A stretch of DNA of 49,395 nucleotides, taken from positions 1 through 49,395 of the forward strand of contig CANQEE010000001.1 in assembly GCA_947594595.1 (NCBI GenBank). Reading direction: 5' to 3'. This stretch comes from an uncultured Bacilli bacterium. Lineage in GTDB: Bacteria; Bacillota_I; Bacilli_A; RF39; UBA660. Shown here piece by piece: positions 37,401-45,227 of this stretch; positions within the stretch are counted from its first letter, which is position 1; each line of letters begins with the position of its first letter. A program made the translations under genes and the position numbers. Below the pieces are notes generated by a model. That model did not search any database. It saw only the letters and a list, made by a program, of their open reading frames with translations, and was not told where the DNA came from.

Positions 37401-38669
37401 ATGCTTCAGGAAATAGAAGAAAATGAGTTTCAATCTTTTGCAGAGTCTCATCCATTATTCACATTTCATCAAACAAAAGAGTGGGCTTCTTTGAAACAGA
37501 AGAATGGGTGGGAGCATCATTATGTTTTTTATCAAAAAGGAAAAAAGAAGGCTGCAGCTTTGCTTCTTATGAAACCTCTTTTTCTAGGAAAAGTAATGTG
37601 TTATAGTCCAAGAGGTTTTCTTCTTGATTATGAAGATCAAAAGTTTTTAGCCTCTTTTACAGACGCATTGAAAAAATATTTAAAAGAAAAAAAAGCTATT
37701 TTTGTTAAAATTGATCCACCTCTTCTCCTACAAGAGAGAGATATTGATGGACATCTTGTTGAAAATGGAAAAAACCATAAAAAAGTTGTTTCTGTTTTAA
37801 AGTCACTTGGTTACATTCATTATGGGTTTTCAAAAGGAATAGAAAAAGAATTACAACCAAGGTGGGTTTTTGCTCTTTCTCTTGATAAAAAAAGTGAAGA
37901 ACAAATTTATGAAAACTTTGATACAAGGACAAAACGTTCTATTAAGAAGTGTGAGAGAGAAGGTATTTTTGTAAGAGAGATGAAAGAGGGTGAACTTCCA
38001 CTTTTTAAAGCTATTATGGAGCATACTGCAAATCGTAGAGGTTTTTTAGATAGACCTTTTCAATATTATCAAAATATGGTTTCTGAATTAAAAAAACATT
38101 GCTCTATTTTGCTTTGTTTTCTTGATGTTGAAAAAGCATTTTCTCTTTTAGAAGAACGTGAAAAAGAACAGAAGATTAAACAAAAAAATTATCAGGATCA
38201 AAAGGAGAGTAAAAAGAAAGAAGCTCTTTTAAAAGAAAGTGAAAAACAACTCAATCAAATTCAAGAAAAAAAAGAATTTTTGTTACATTTACAAAAAGAA
38301 AGAGGAAATCAAATTATACTAGGTGGTTCTATGTTCTTACAGTATGGAAAAGAAAAAACTTATCTTTTTGGTGGAAGTTATCAAGAGTTTATGCAATATC
38401 CAAGTCAATATTATATTCAGTGGAAGTCTATTCAAATGGCTAAAAAACAAGGATGTAAACTCTATAATTTTTATGGAATTGATGGGAATTTTGAATCTCC
38501 AAGTGAAATGCATGGAATTTATGAATTTAAAAGAGGTTTTGATGGAGAAGTAAGAGAATATATAGGAGAATTTGATCTTCCTATTTCGAAAACTTTTTAT
38601 AGATTTTATCGCTTTGCATTTCCTATTTATAAAAAAATGAAAAAAATTTTAATAAAAAAGAAGAATTAG
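37401..38669 (+). CDS. FemAB-family peptidoglycan interpeptide-bridge aminoacyltransferase (paralog)
   Basis: It has the same architecture as the divergent neighbour and looks roughly 40 percent identical by eye: FQSFAESHPLFTFHQ, YSPRGF, a coiled-coil insert and YNFYGIDGNF...GIYEFKRGFDG. ATG 37401 lies behind AGAGGGA; the ORF-track ATG at 37383 has no SD. Confidence 0.85.
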   Translation: MLQEIEENEFQSFAESHPLFTFHQTKEWASLKQKNGWEHHYVFYQKGKKKAAALLLMKPLFLGKVMCYSPRGFLLDYEDQKFLASFTDALKKYLKEKKAIFVKIDPPLLLQERDIDGHLVENGKNHKKVVSVLKSLGYIHYGFSKGIEKELQPRWVFALSLDKKSEEQIYENFDTRTKRSIKKCEREGIFVREMKEGELPLFKAIMEHTANRRGFLDRPFQYYQNMVSELKKHCSILLCFLDVEKAFSLLEEREKEQKIKQKNYQDQKESKKKEALLKESEKQLNQIQEKKEFLLHLQKERGNQIILGGSMFLQYGKEKTYLFGGSYQEFMQYPSQYYIQWKSIQMAKKQGCKLYNFYGIDGNFESPSEMHGIYEFKRGFDGEVREYIGEFDLPISKTFYRFYRFAFPIYKKMKKILIKKKN

Positions 38670-40756
38670 TCTTTTTGCTTAAAGTAAAAAGCTCCTAATT
38701 CTTCTTTTTCGATGGTTTCTAAAATATCTTTTGCATGCTTTTTTTCATTCTCAGAAAGGAAGAAACAACTTAGGTGTCCCCCATTGGTAAAGGAATGATA
38801 ATCTTTTTCTAAAAGAAGTTTTGATTTCCATGACGAAAGAGATGATTCAAAACTATTTGTATAAGCTTCTTTTTCTGTAATTCCTTTGCTTTTTCCATAA
38901 ATTGCAGTATCAATTTGATTAAAATGCCTACAAACATCTTCTACTTTTTTTCCTGTTAAAGTAAAATTCAAATTATATAAAGTGCTATAAGAGTTCACTT
39001 TTTCTCTCATATGATGCAAAATTTTGGTGGCAAGTTTTTTACTTCTTTCTTCTATTCTTTTTTCATTGGTAAGTGCAAAAAGAGTTTCTTCTAATCCAAC
39101 AAAATGGATGGAGAGTGTTCCATGCTTCAATATTTTTCGAAGTCGATCTGTTTCTTTCAAATTTTTTCCATCTTGCCAAATATTTTCTCCAAAAAGAAGA
39201 GGAAATTGAAAACTTTTTTTACTACATAATATTTCAAAACAAGAAAGCAATGCATCTTTTGCTAGATCTAATGATTGATCTAAAGCCTTAAAGAAATCAT
39301 TTTCTGATACAGTGTGTTTTTCTTGTTGTAATTTTAAAGTAAGTCTTGGTAAGTTCATAGAGCAAGTGAAAAGATTTCCTTTTCCTCCAATAATTCTAGC
39401 ATCTTGTGTGGTTGTATCATCAACGGCTCTTCCTCCATCTTGAAAATAACAAACTTCGGTTGTTTTATTTCCGTTTTGATAAAGTGCTTTATTTGCTTTC
39501 ATTTCTAAGTTTATAAAGCGAAATTTTGAAGAATGAATAGCTAAGTTCAGATAAAGCTCTGTATAAGAATAGTAAGGATCTTCTGATTTTTGATTTTTCC
39601 CTTTTTGTAATTTCCAAAGATAAAATGGAACTTCTCTAGAGCATTCTTTTTCGCATTTTAAAATCGTTTTTGTAAAAAGAAGTCCTTCTTTTTCTATATT
39701 GGTTCCAAATCCTATACTAATTGTAGGGTAAGAAGAAGTTTTATCATAAATAGAGTTTAAATTTGTTAAAAAATGAGAAATTGCCTTTTGAATTCGTTTT
39801 TCCATTTTTTTCCTTGCTTGTTTTCCTGCTTTTTCAAATCCAAGCTGTAAAAATTCTGCCTTTGGATATAATGTTTTAATCATAGGAAAATCTTCATCAA
39901 TGGAGTTGAGATGCTCTATTTCTTTTTGAATTCGTTCAATACTTAAAAAAGTTTTAAAATCACTATATTCAAGGAAAGATTGAATCTCTTCTTGTAGGCA
40001 TTCCTTATAAGTAGATAAGATGTAGGGTGCAATATCATAATCCAAATTAGGAATTAAAATTTGTCCATAAATAGTAGTAGCAACGGAATTTAATAAAAGA
40101 AGGAGGAAGTCTAAAAACTCTTCTATATTATGAATTTCTTCTTCTTTTGTATGGAGGGCAACACCCTCTTTTAAAAGTCTTTCAATATCAAGTTCAATGT
40201 TTTCAATACTTCCTAAAGAAATAGCTTCTAAATGTGGAATTTCAATAAGTCCCGTATCGATCGCTTTTAAAATTTTATTTTCCAAAAGATAGGCTTTTGT
40301 AAAACCAGATGCAATTGTAATTCCATAATTATTGAGTCGCTCATAAGGACTTCTTTCTCTTTTTGATTTTTCATCTTTATCTTTAAGACCTAAGGCCTCA
40401 ATAGTCTTTAAAAATTTATGTTGTTGTTTGGTTACAAATGCTTTTCTTGAAGCACTTCTTTGTTCTCGATAATTTTGAAAGGAATGATAGACATCTTGAT
40501 ACCCTTTCTTTTCAAGTGTTTCTTCAATTAAATCCTGAATGTCTTCAATTTGAATGGTTTTTCTTTCCTTGTATTCTTTTTGAATTACACTTAAAACTGC
40601 TTCATAAATTCTGTTCACATCTTCTTCTTGATAAGGATATTCTACACTATCAAATGCTTTTTTTATTGCAATTGCAATTTTTTCTCCTTGAAAAGTAGTT
40701 CTCTGCCCGCTTCGTTTAACGACTACCAAAGTGTCAAATAATGTCGCTTTTTTCAA
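38666..40756 (-). CDS. ATP-cone-containing NrdD-like protein lacking the Zn-ribbon and glycyl-radical C-terminus
   Basis: TTG start 8 nt behind AGGAGGTG. The N-terminal ATP-cone is followed by blocks collinear with the neighbouring NrdD (YGQILIPNLDYDIAPY, GNLFTCSMNLPRL, YTNSFES, NGGHLSCF). The ORF ends where NrdD begins its CxxC...CxxC and RxxGY segment. Confidence 0.75.
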   Translation of the reverse strand: MKKATLFDTLVVVKRSGQRTTFQGEKIAIAIKKAFDSVEYPYQEEDVNRIYEAVLSVIQKEYKERKTIQIEDIQDLIEETLEKKGYQDVYHSFQNYREQRSASRKAFVTKQQHKFLKTIEALGLKDKDEKSKRERSPYERLNNYGITIASGFTKAYLLENKILKAIDTGLIEIPHLEAISLGSIENIELDIERLLKEGVALHTKEEEIHNIEEFLDFLLLLLNSVATTIYGQILIPNLDYDIAPYILSTYKECLQEEIQSFLEYSDFKTFLSIERIQKEIEHLNSIDEDFPMIKTLYPKAEFLQLGFEKAGKQARKKMEKRIQKAISHFLTNLNSIYDKTSSYPTISIGFGTNIEKEGLLFTKTILKCEKECSREVPFYLWKLQKGKNQKSEDPYYSYTELYLNLAIHSSKFRFINLEMKANKALYQNGNKTTEVCYFQDGGRAVDDTTTQDARIIGGKGNLFTCSMNLPRLTLKLQQEKHTVSENDFFKALDQSLDLAKDALLSCFEILCSKKSFQFPLLFGENIWQDGKNLKETDRLRKILKHGTLSIHFVGLEETLFALTNEKRIEERSKKLATKILHHMREKVNSYSTLYNLNFTLTGKKVEDVCRHFNQIDTAIYGKSKGITEKEAYTNSFESSLSSWKSKLLLEKDYHSFTNGGHLSCFFLSENEKKHAKDILETIEKEELGAFYFKQKD

Positions 40757-41061
40757 TATATTGACACCTCCTAACCTTTAAATATATTATAAATGAAAAG
40801 CCTTTATAAATCAAGGTTTCCCTTTTACTTTGTAAAAAAACACAATAAAAAAACATTAAAAAAAACGAATGATAAAAAATGAGTAAAAGTGTTGATATAA
40901 AAGAATAAAATATCTATATAAATGTACTTTTTTAATTATGTTTTTTTTATTTGTTTTTTCTGTAAACCGAACAAAAATAAAAGTTTACAAATAGTAAAAA
41001 TGAAAGAAAAAAATAATTGAAAAGACTATAATCATTTTAACACAGTAAAAGGAGTGAAAGT

Positions 41062-43254
41062 ATGACAAAGGTAAAAGAGAAAAGCGAAGAGAAAGCAAAG
41101 AAAACGATCCATAAAAAATATAATAATCCTAAAATCAATATTATTAAGAAGAATGGAACGAAGCAACCTTTTGATGGAGCTAAAATATGTGCTGCGATTG
41201 AAAAAAGTGCAGAACGTGTTATGGTTGATTTAACAGAAGATGCTAAAGATGAGGTTGTAAATATTGTGATAGACTTACTTAAAAATCAAAGTAGCGATGC
41301 AGAGGTAAGTCAAATTCATAATTGTGTAGAAGCAGCTCTTGAACAAGTAAATCCATTGGTTGCAAAAAGTTATCGGGAATATAGAAATTACAAAAATGAT
41401 TTTGTTCATATTTTAGATAAGGTCTATAAGAAAGCTCAGGCTATCAATTATATTGGAGATAAAGAAAATTCAAATACAGATAGTGCTTTAGTTTCTACAC
41501 AAAGAAGTTTGGTTTATGGAAATTTAAATAAGGAACTTTATAAAAAATTCTTCTTAACAAAGGCAGAAATTGAAGCTTGCGAGGATGGTTATATCTATGT
41601 GCATGATATGTCTGCAAGACGAGATACAATGAACTGTTGTCTTTGTGATGTAGGAGCGGTTATGAAAGATGGTTTTGAAATGGGAAATCTCTGGTATAAC
41701 GAACCTAAAACACTTGATACTGCTTTTGATGTTATGGGAGATGTGATCATCAATACGGCTGCTATGCAATATGGAGGATTTACAGTTCCAGAAGTCGATA
41801 CAATTTTAACTCCTTATGCAAAGAAAAGTTATAATAAATATTATGAAGAATATATGGAAATTACAGAAGGAAATGATCCTTCTAAAGCAGAAGAATATGC
41901 TTGGCGTAAGACAAGAAGAGAATGTGAGCAAGGATATCAGGGAATTGAATATAAGTTAAATAGTGTAGGTTCTAGTCGTGGAGATTATCCATTTGTTACC
42001 TTTTCTTTTGGGCATGAAGAAGATCCTTATGGACAGATGGTTGCAGAAGTGATTTTAAAAACGCATATGAAAGGACAAGGAAAACCTGGATATAAAAAAC
42101 CAACCCTTTTTCCAAAACTTGTCTTCTTATATGATAAAAATTTGCATGGAAAAGATTGTAAAATGGGATATTTATTTGATGCAGCTTTAGAATGTAGTTC
42201 TAAGACGATGTACCCAGATTATTTATCTTTAACAGGAGAAGGTTATGTTCCTGAAATGTTTAAAAAATATGGAAAGATTGTAAGTCCAATGGGATGCAGA
42301 GCTTTTCTTTCTCCTTGGTTTGAACGTGGAGGAATGAAACCGAAAGATAAAGATGATCAAGCTGTTTTTATTGGAAGGTTTAATATTGGAGCAATTTCAT
42401 TAAACTTACCAATGATTCTAGCAAAAGCAAGAGAAGAACAAAAAGATTTTTATGAAGTTTTAGATTATTATTTGGAAATGATTCGTAAAATTCATATTCG
42501 GACATATCATTATTTAGGAAAGAAAAAAGCTTCTACCAATCCACTTGCTTATTGTGAAGGTGGTTTCTATGGAGGTCATTTACAACCAAATGATTCTATT
42601 GAACCTCTTTTAAAAGCTTCTACAGCTTCTTTTGGAATTACAGCTTTGAATGAATTACAAGAACTTTATAATGGAAAAAGTTTGGTTGAGGATGGAAAAT
42701 TTGCTTTAGAAGTGATGCGTTATATTAACAAAAAACTTGATAAGTATAAACAAGAGGACAATATTTTATATGCTATTTATGGAACACCAGCAGAAAGTCT
42801 TTGTGGAACACAAGTGGAGCAGTTTAGAAAAAAATATGGAATTGTAAAAGGAGTTTCTGATCGGGAATATGTATCAAATAGTTTCCATTGCGGTGTTTGG
42901 GAGGACATTACAGGAATTGAAAAACAAGATTTAGAAGGAAGATTCTGGGATTTATTCAGAGGAGGAAGGATTCAGTATGTTCGCTACAACTTAAATTATA
43001 ACAAGGAAGCTATGAGAACTTATGTAGAAAGAGCTATGGAAAAAGGATTCTATGAAGGAGTAAACCTATCACTTTCTTATTGCAATGTCTGTGGGCATGA
43101 AGAATTAGAAATGGATACTTGTCCAAAGTGTGGAAGTAGTGATCTTACGAAAATTGATCGTATGAATGGATATCTTTCTTATTCTAGAGTTCACGGAGAT
43201 ACACGTTTAAATCATGCCAAAATGGTAGAAATTGCAGAAAGGAAATCAATGTAA
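41062..43254 (+). CDS. nrdD: anaerobic ribonucleoside-triphosphate reductase (class III)
   Basis: 730 aa with an ATP-cone, SPMGCRAFL finger-loop block, TPAES, a C-terminal CNVCGHEELEMDTCPKCG zinc ribbon, and the glycyl-radical loop DRMNGYLSY. Confidence 0.95.
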   Translation: MTKVKEKSEEKAKKTIHKKYNNPKINIIKKNGTKQPFDGAKICAAIEKSAERVMVDLTEDAKDEVVNIVIDLLKNQSSDAEVSQIHNCVEAALEQVNPLVAKSYREYRNYKNDFVHILDKVYKKAQAINYIGDKENSNTDSALVSTQRSLVYGNLNKELYKKFFLTKAEIEACEDGYIYVHDMSARRDTMNCCLCDVGAVMKDGFEMGNLWYNEPKTLDTAFDVMGDVIINTAAMQYGGFTVPEVDTILTPYAKKSYNKYYEEYMEITEGNDPSKAEEYAWRKTRRECEQGYQGIEYKLNSVGSSRGDYPFVTFSFGHEEDPYGQMVAEVILKTHMKGQGKPGYKKPTLFPKLVFLYDKNLHGKDCKMGYLFDAALECSSKTMYPDYLSLTGEGYVPEMFKKYGKIVSPMGCRAFLSPWFERGGMKPKDKDDQAVFIGRFNIGAISLNLPMILAKAREEQKDFYEVLDYYLEMIRKIHIRTYHYLGKKKASTNPLAYCEGGFYGGHLQPNDSIEPLLKASTASFGITALNELQELYNGKSLVEDGKFALEVMRYINKKLDKYKQEDNILYAIYGTPAESLCGTQVEQFRKKYGIVKGVSDREYVSNSFHCGVWEDITGIEKQDLEGRFWDLFRGGRIQYVRYNLNYNKEAMRTYVERAMEKGFYEGVNLSLSYCNVCGHEELEMDTCPKCGSSDLTKIDRMNGYLSYSRVHGDTRLNHAKMVEIAERKSM

Positions 43255-43256
43255 GT

Positions 43257-43835
43257 ATGAAATATCACAACATTACCAAAGCAGATATGTTAAATGGGGA
43301 AGGCCTTCGTGTTGTTCTATGGGTAAGTGGATGTTCTCATCAATGCCCTGGTTGTCAAAATGCAATTACCTGGGATCCTGAAGATGGAGTTTGTTTTGAT
43401 GATGATACCATTAAGGAAATTTATGAAGAATTAGAAAAAGATTGGTGTAGCGGACTTACTCTTTCAGGTGGGGATCCACTTTATCTTGGAAATCGAAAAA
43501 CGATTCGAGATTTGGTAACAAATGTAAAACAAATTTATCCAAATAAAACAATTTGGTCTTATACTGGATATACTTGGGAAGAGTTAATGGCACAATGTGA
43601 AAATGATGAAAATTTGAAAGATATTTTAGCAAATATTGATGTACTCTTAGAGGGTCGTTTCATATTAAAATTAAAAGAAGATAAACTTCACTATGTAGGA
43701 AGTAGTAATCAAAGAATTATTGATGTTCCTAAAAGTTTAGAAGAAGGGCAAATAGTACTGTATATTGATAATAGTAAAATTTTAGAAGAAATCAATAAAA
43801 GTGAAGTACAAGTTGCTTGTGAATGTAATAGTTAG
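43257..43835 (+). CDS. nrdG: anaerobic ribonucleotide reductase activating protein (radical SAM)
   Basis: CSHQCPGCQN CxxxCxxC cluster motif and GLTLSGGDPL; lies immediately downstream of nrdD. Confidence 0.93.
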   Translation: MKYHNITKADMLNGEGLRVVLWVSGCSHQCPGCQNAITWDPEDGVCFDDDTIKEIYEELEKDWCSGLTLSGGDPLYLGNRKTIRDLVTNVKQIYPNKTIWSYTGYTWEELMAQCENDENLKDILANIDVLLEGRFILKLKEDKLHYVGSSNQRIIDVPKSLEEGQIVLYIDNSKILEEINKSEVQVACECNS

Positions 43836-43843
43836 GAGGCTTT

Positions 43844-44299
43844 ATGAGACAAAGAGGATTTGAAATTGCCAAGGGATGGGAAGAGAAAGGAATTCATCTT
43901 CCAAAAAGAAATACAAAGTTTTCAGCAGGGTATGATGTAGAAGCAGCAGAAGATATTACAATTCCACCTTTTCAACTAGGACAGAAACCAACGTTAATTC
44001 CTACAGGATTAAAAGGTTATTGTATGGAAGATGAGTATTTTATGCTTGTAAATCGTAGTTCTGGACCTAAAAAGGGACTTGTTATGCCTAATAGTATTGG
44101 AATTGTAGATAAAGACTATTATGGAAATGAAAATAATGATGGACACTTTTACTTTCAATTTTACAATATAAAAGAAGAGCCTATTACCATTCATAAAGGT
44201 GATGTCATTGGACAGGTAATATTTCACAAATTTTTAACGGTTGATCAAGACGAAGCTTCTGGAGTAAGAAGAGGTGGATTTGGTTCAACAGATCAATAA
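43844..44299 (+). CDS. dut: dUTP diphosphatase
   Basis: SAGYDV, NRSSG, GIVDKDYYG and RRGGFGSTD motifs of trimeric dUTPases. Confidence 0.9.
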   Translation: MRQRGFEIAKGWEEKGIHLPKRNTKFSAGYDVEAAEDITIPPFQLGQKPTLIPTGLKGYCMEDEYFMLVNRSSGPKKGLVMPNSIGIVDKDYYGNENNDGHFYFQFYNIKEEPITIHKGDVIGQVIFHKFLTVDQDEASGVRRGGFGSTDQ

Positions 44300-44333
44300 A
44301 AAAAGAGATCAGTTAATTTGATTTCTTTTTTTT
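44298..44333. terminator. bidirectional intrinsic terminator between dut and the convergent HTH gene
   Basis: AAAGAGATCA (44302-44311) / TGATTTCTTT (44319-44328) forms 10 bp with one G-U pair. It is flanked by an A-run upstream and a T-run downstream, and overlaps the last codons of the minus-strand ORF. Confidence 0.7.
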
Positions 44334-44570
44334 GTTGCTTTTATATTCAATAATGTCAGACCAATCACAATCTAAGTATTCAAAGATTCTTGCTAAAACA
44401 AAAATATCAACCCTTGTAACAGTTCCTTTCGCAAGTCTTTGAATGACTTTAAAATCTGTATCAATATCACGCATTAACTTGTTTTTACTAATATGCTTTT
44501 TTTCTAAGAGTTCTTCTAACTTAAAATTATATTCACCATTGTCAGTAGGGACTTTGATTGTCTTTTTCAT
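44313..44570 (-). CDS. XRE-family helix-turn-helix transcriptional regulator (85 aa)
   Basis: ISKNKLMRDIDTDFKVIQRLAKG...VDIFVLARIFEYLDCDWSDIIEY resembles Cro/C1-type HTH_26 proteins. ATG 44570 lies behind AAAGGTGA; the GTG at 44579 is part of the SD. Confidence 0.75.
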   Translation of the reverse strand: MKKTIKVPTDNGEYNFKLEELLEKKHISKNKLMRDIDTDFKVIQRLAKGTVTRVDIFVLARIFEYLDCDWSDIIEYKSNKKKKSN

Positions 44571-44614
44571 TTCGATCACCTTTCTATTTCAATTGTATCA
44601 GTTATAAGTGTTGT

Positions 44615-44643
44615 TTGACTATTGGTTGTTTAACCACTATAAT
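44615..44643 (+). promoter_or_regulatory. consensus-like sigma-A promoter
   Basis: TTGACT (44615-44620), 17-nt spacer, TATAAT (44638-44643). Confidence 0.65.
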
Positions 44644-44654
44644 AAAAACAGGAA

Positions 44655-44864
44655 GTGTTTTATGTGTCAGATAAAATTAGTATGTATAAACAATGTGTGA
44701 TTATGCCTCTTGAAGAAAAAAGAAATCAGATTAGGAAAGAGATTTTGCAAGAAAATATATTTTCCAAGAGTAAGAAATTTTGTATTTTAAAAAAGTATGA
44801 TGCACTTTTGATGAAAAAATATCAGAAATTAGAGGAATTGATTGAAGAAGAGAAAGAAAGGTAA
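44655..44864 (+). CDS. hypothetical small K/E-rich protein (up to 69 aa)
   Basis: The ORF lies downstream of a near-consensus promoter. It has a GTG start with a weak SD (AGGAAG), and the true start is uncertain. No recognisable motif. Confidence 0.3.
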   Translation: MFYVSDKISMYKQCVIMPLEEKRNQIRKEILQENIFSKSKKFCILKKYDALLMKKYQKLEELIEEEKER

Positions 44865-44871
44865 AAAAGGA

Positions 44872-44925
44872 TTTACTTTTTAAAAAAAATGTCATATATT
44901 TATATGTGAACAAATATTCATATAT
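44872..44925 (+). promoter_or_regulatory. promoter plus ArsR/SmtB-type operator
   Basis: TTTACT (44872-44877), 17-nt spacer, TATATT (44895-44900). This is followed by the 9-6-9 inverted repeat ATATGTGAA-CAAATA-TTCATATAT (44902-44925, 8 of 9 complementary) containing a TGAA-N6-TTCA core. Confidence 0.55.
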
Positions 44926-44936
44926 AAGGAGGATTT

Positions 44937-45227
44937 ATGAAAGATGAAGAACTTTATGATTTAGCAGAGTTTTTTAAAGTGTTTGCGGATTCTACTAGAA
45001 TAAAAATAATTTCAGCCCTTCTTGAAAGGGAACTTTGCGTTTTTGAACTTGCTGAAATTGTAGGAACAACACAATCTGCTATTTCACATCAACTTCGAAT
45101 TTTAAAGCAAAGCCACTTGGTAAAATTTCGAAGAGAAAAAACAACAATTTATTACAGCTTGGATGATGATCATATTAAGGATATTTTCATGAAAGGAAGA
45201 GAGCATATTGAAGAAATATCATTATAA
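44937..45227 (+). CDS. ArsR/SmtB-family metalloregulator (alpha5-site, Zn/Co-sensor-like)
   Basis: Winged HTH ELCVFELAEIVGTTQSAISHQLRILK. The C-terminus has DDH-x10-H-x2-E (LDDDHIKDIFMKGREHIEE), matching the DxH-x10-HxxH/E alpha5 pattern. It has no N-terminal Cys pair of the CadC type. Confidence 0.85.
   Translation: MKDEELYDLAEFFKVFADSTRIKIISALLERELCVFELAEIVGTTQSAISHQLRILKQSHLVKFRREKTTIYYSLDDDHIKDIFMKGREHIEEISL

Noticed and set aside
40905-40925. Possible NrdR box (ATATCTATATAAATGT) upstream of nrdD.
   Set aside because: Only about half of the 16-bp palindromic consensus is matched, there is no second tandem box, and the region is so A/T-rich that such partial matches are expected.
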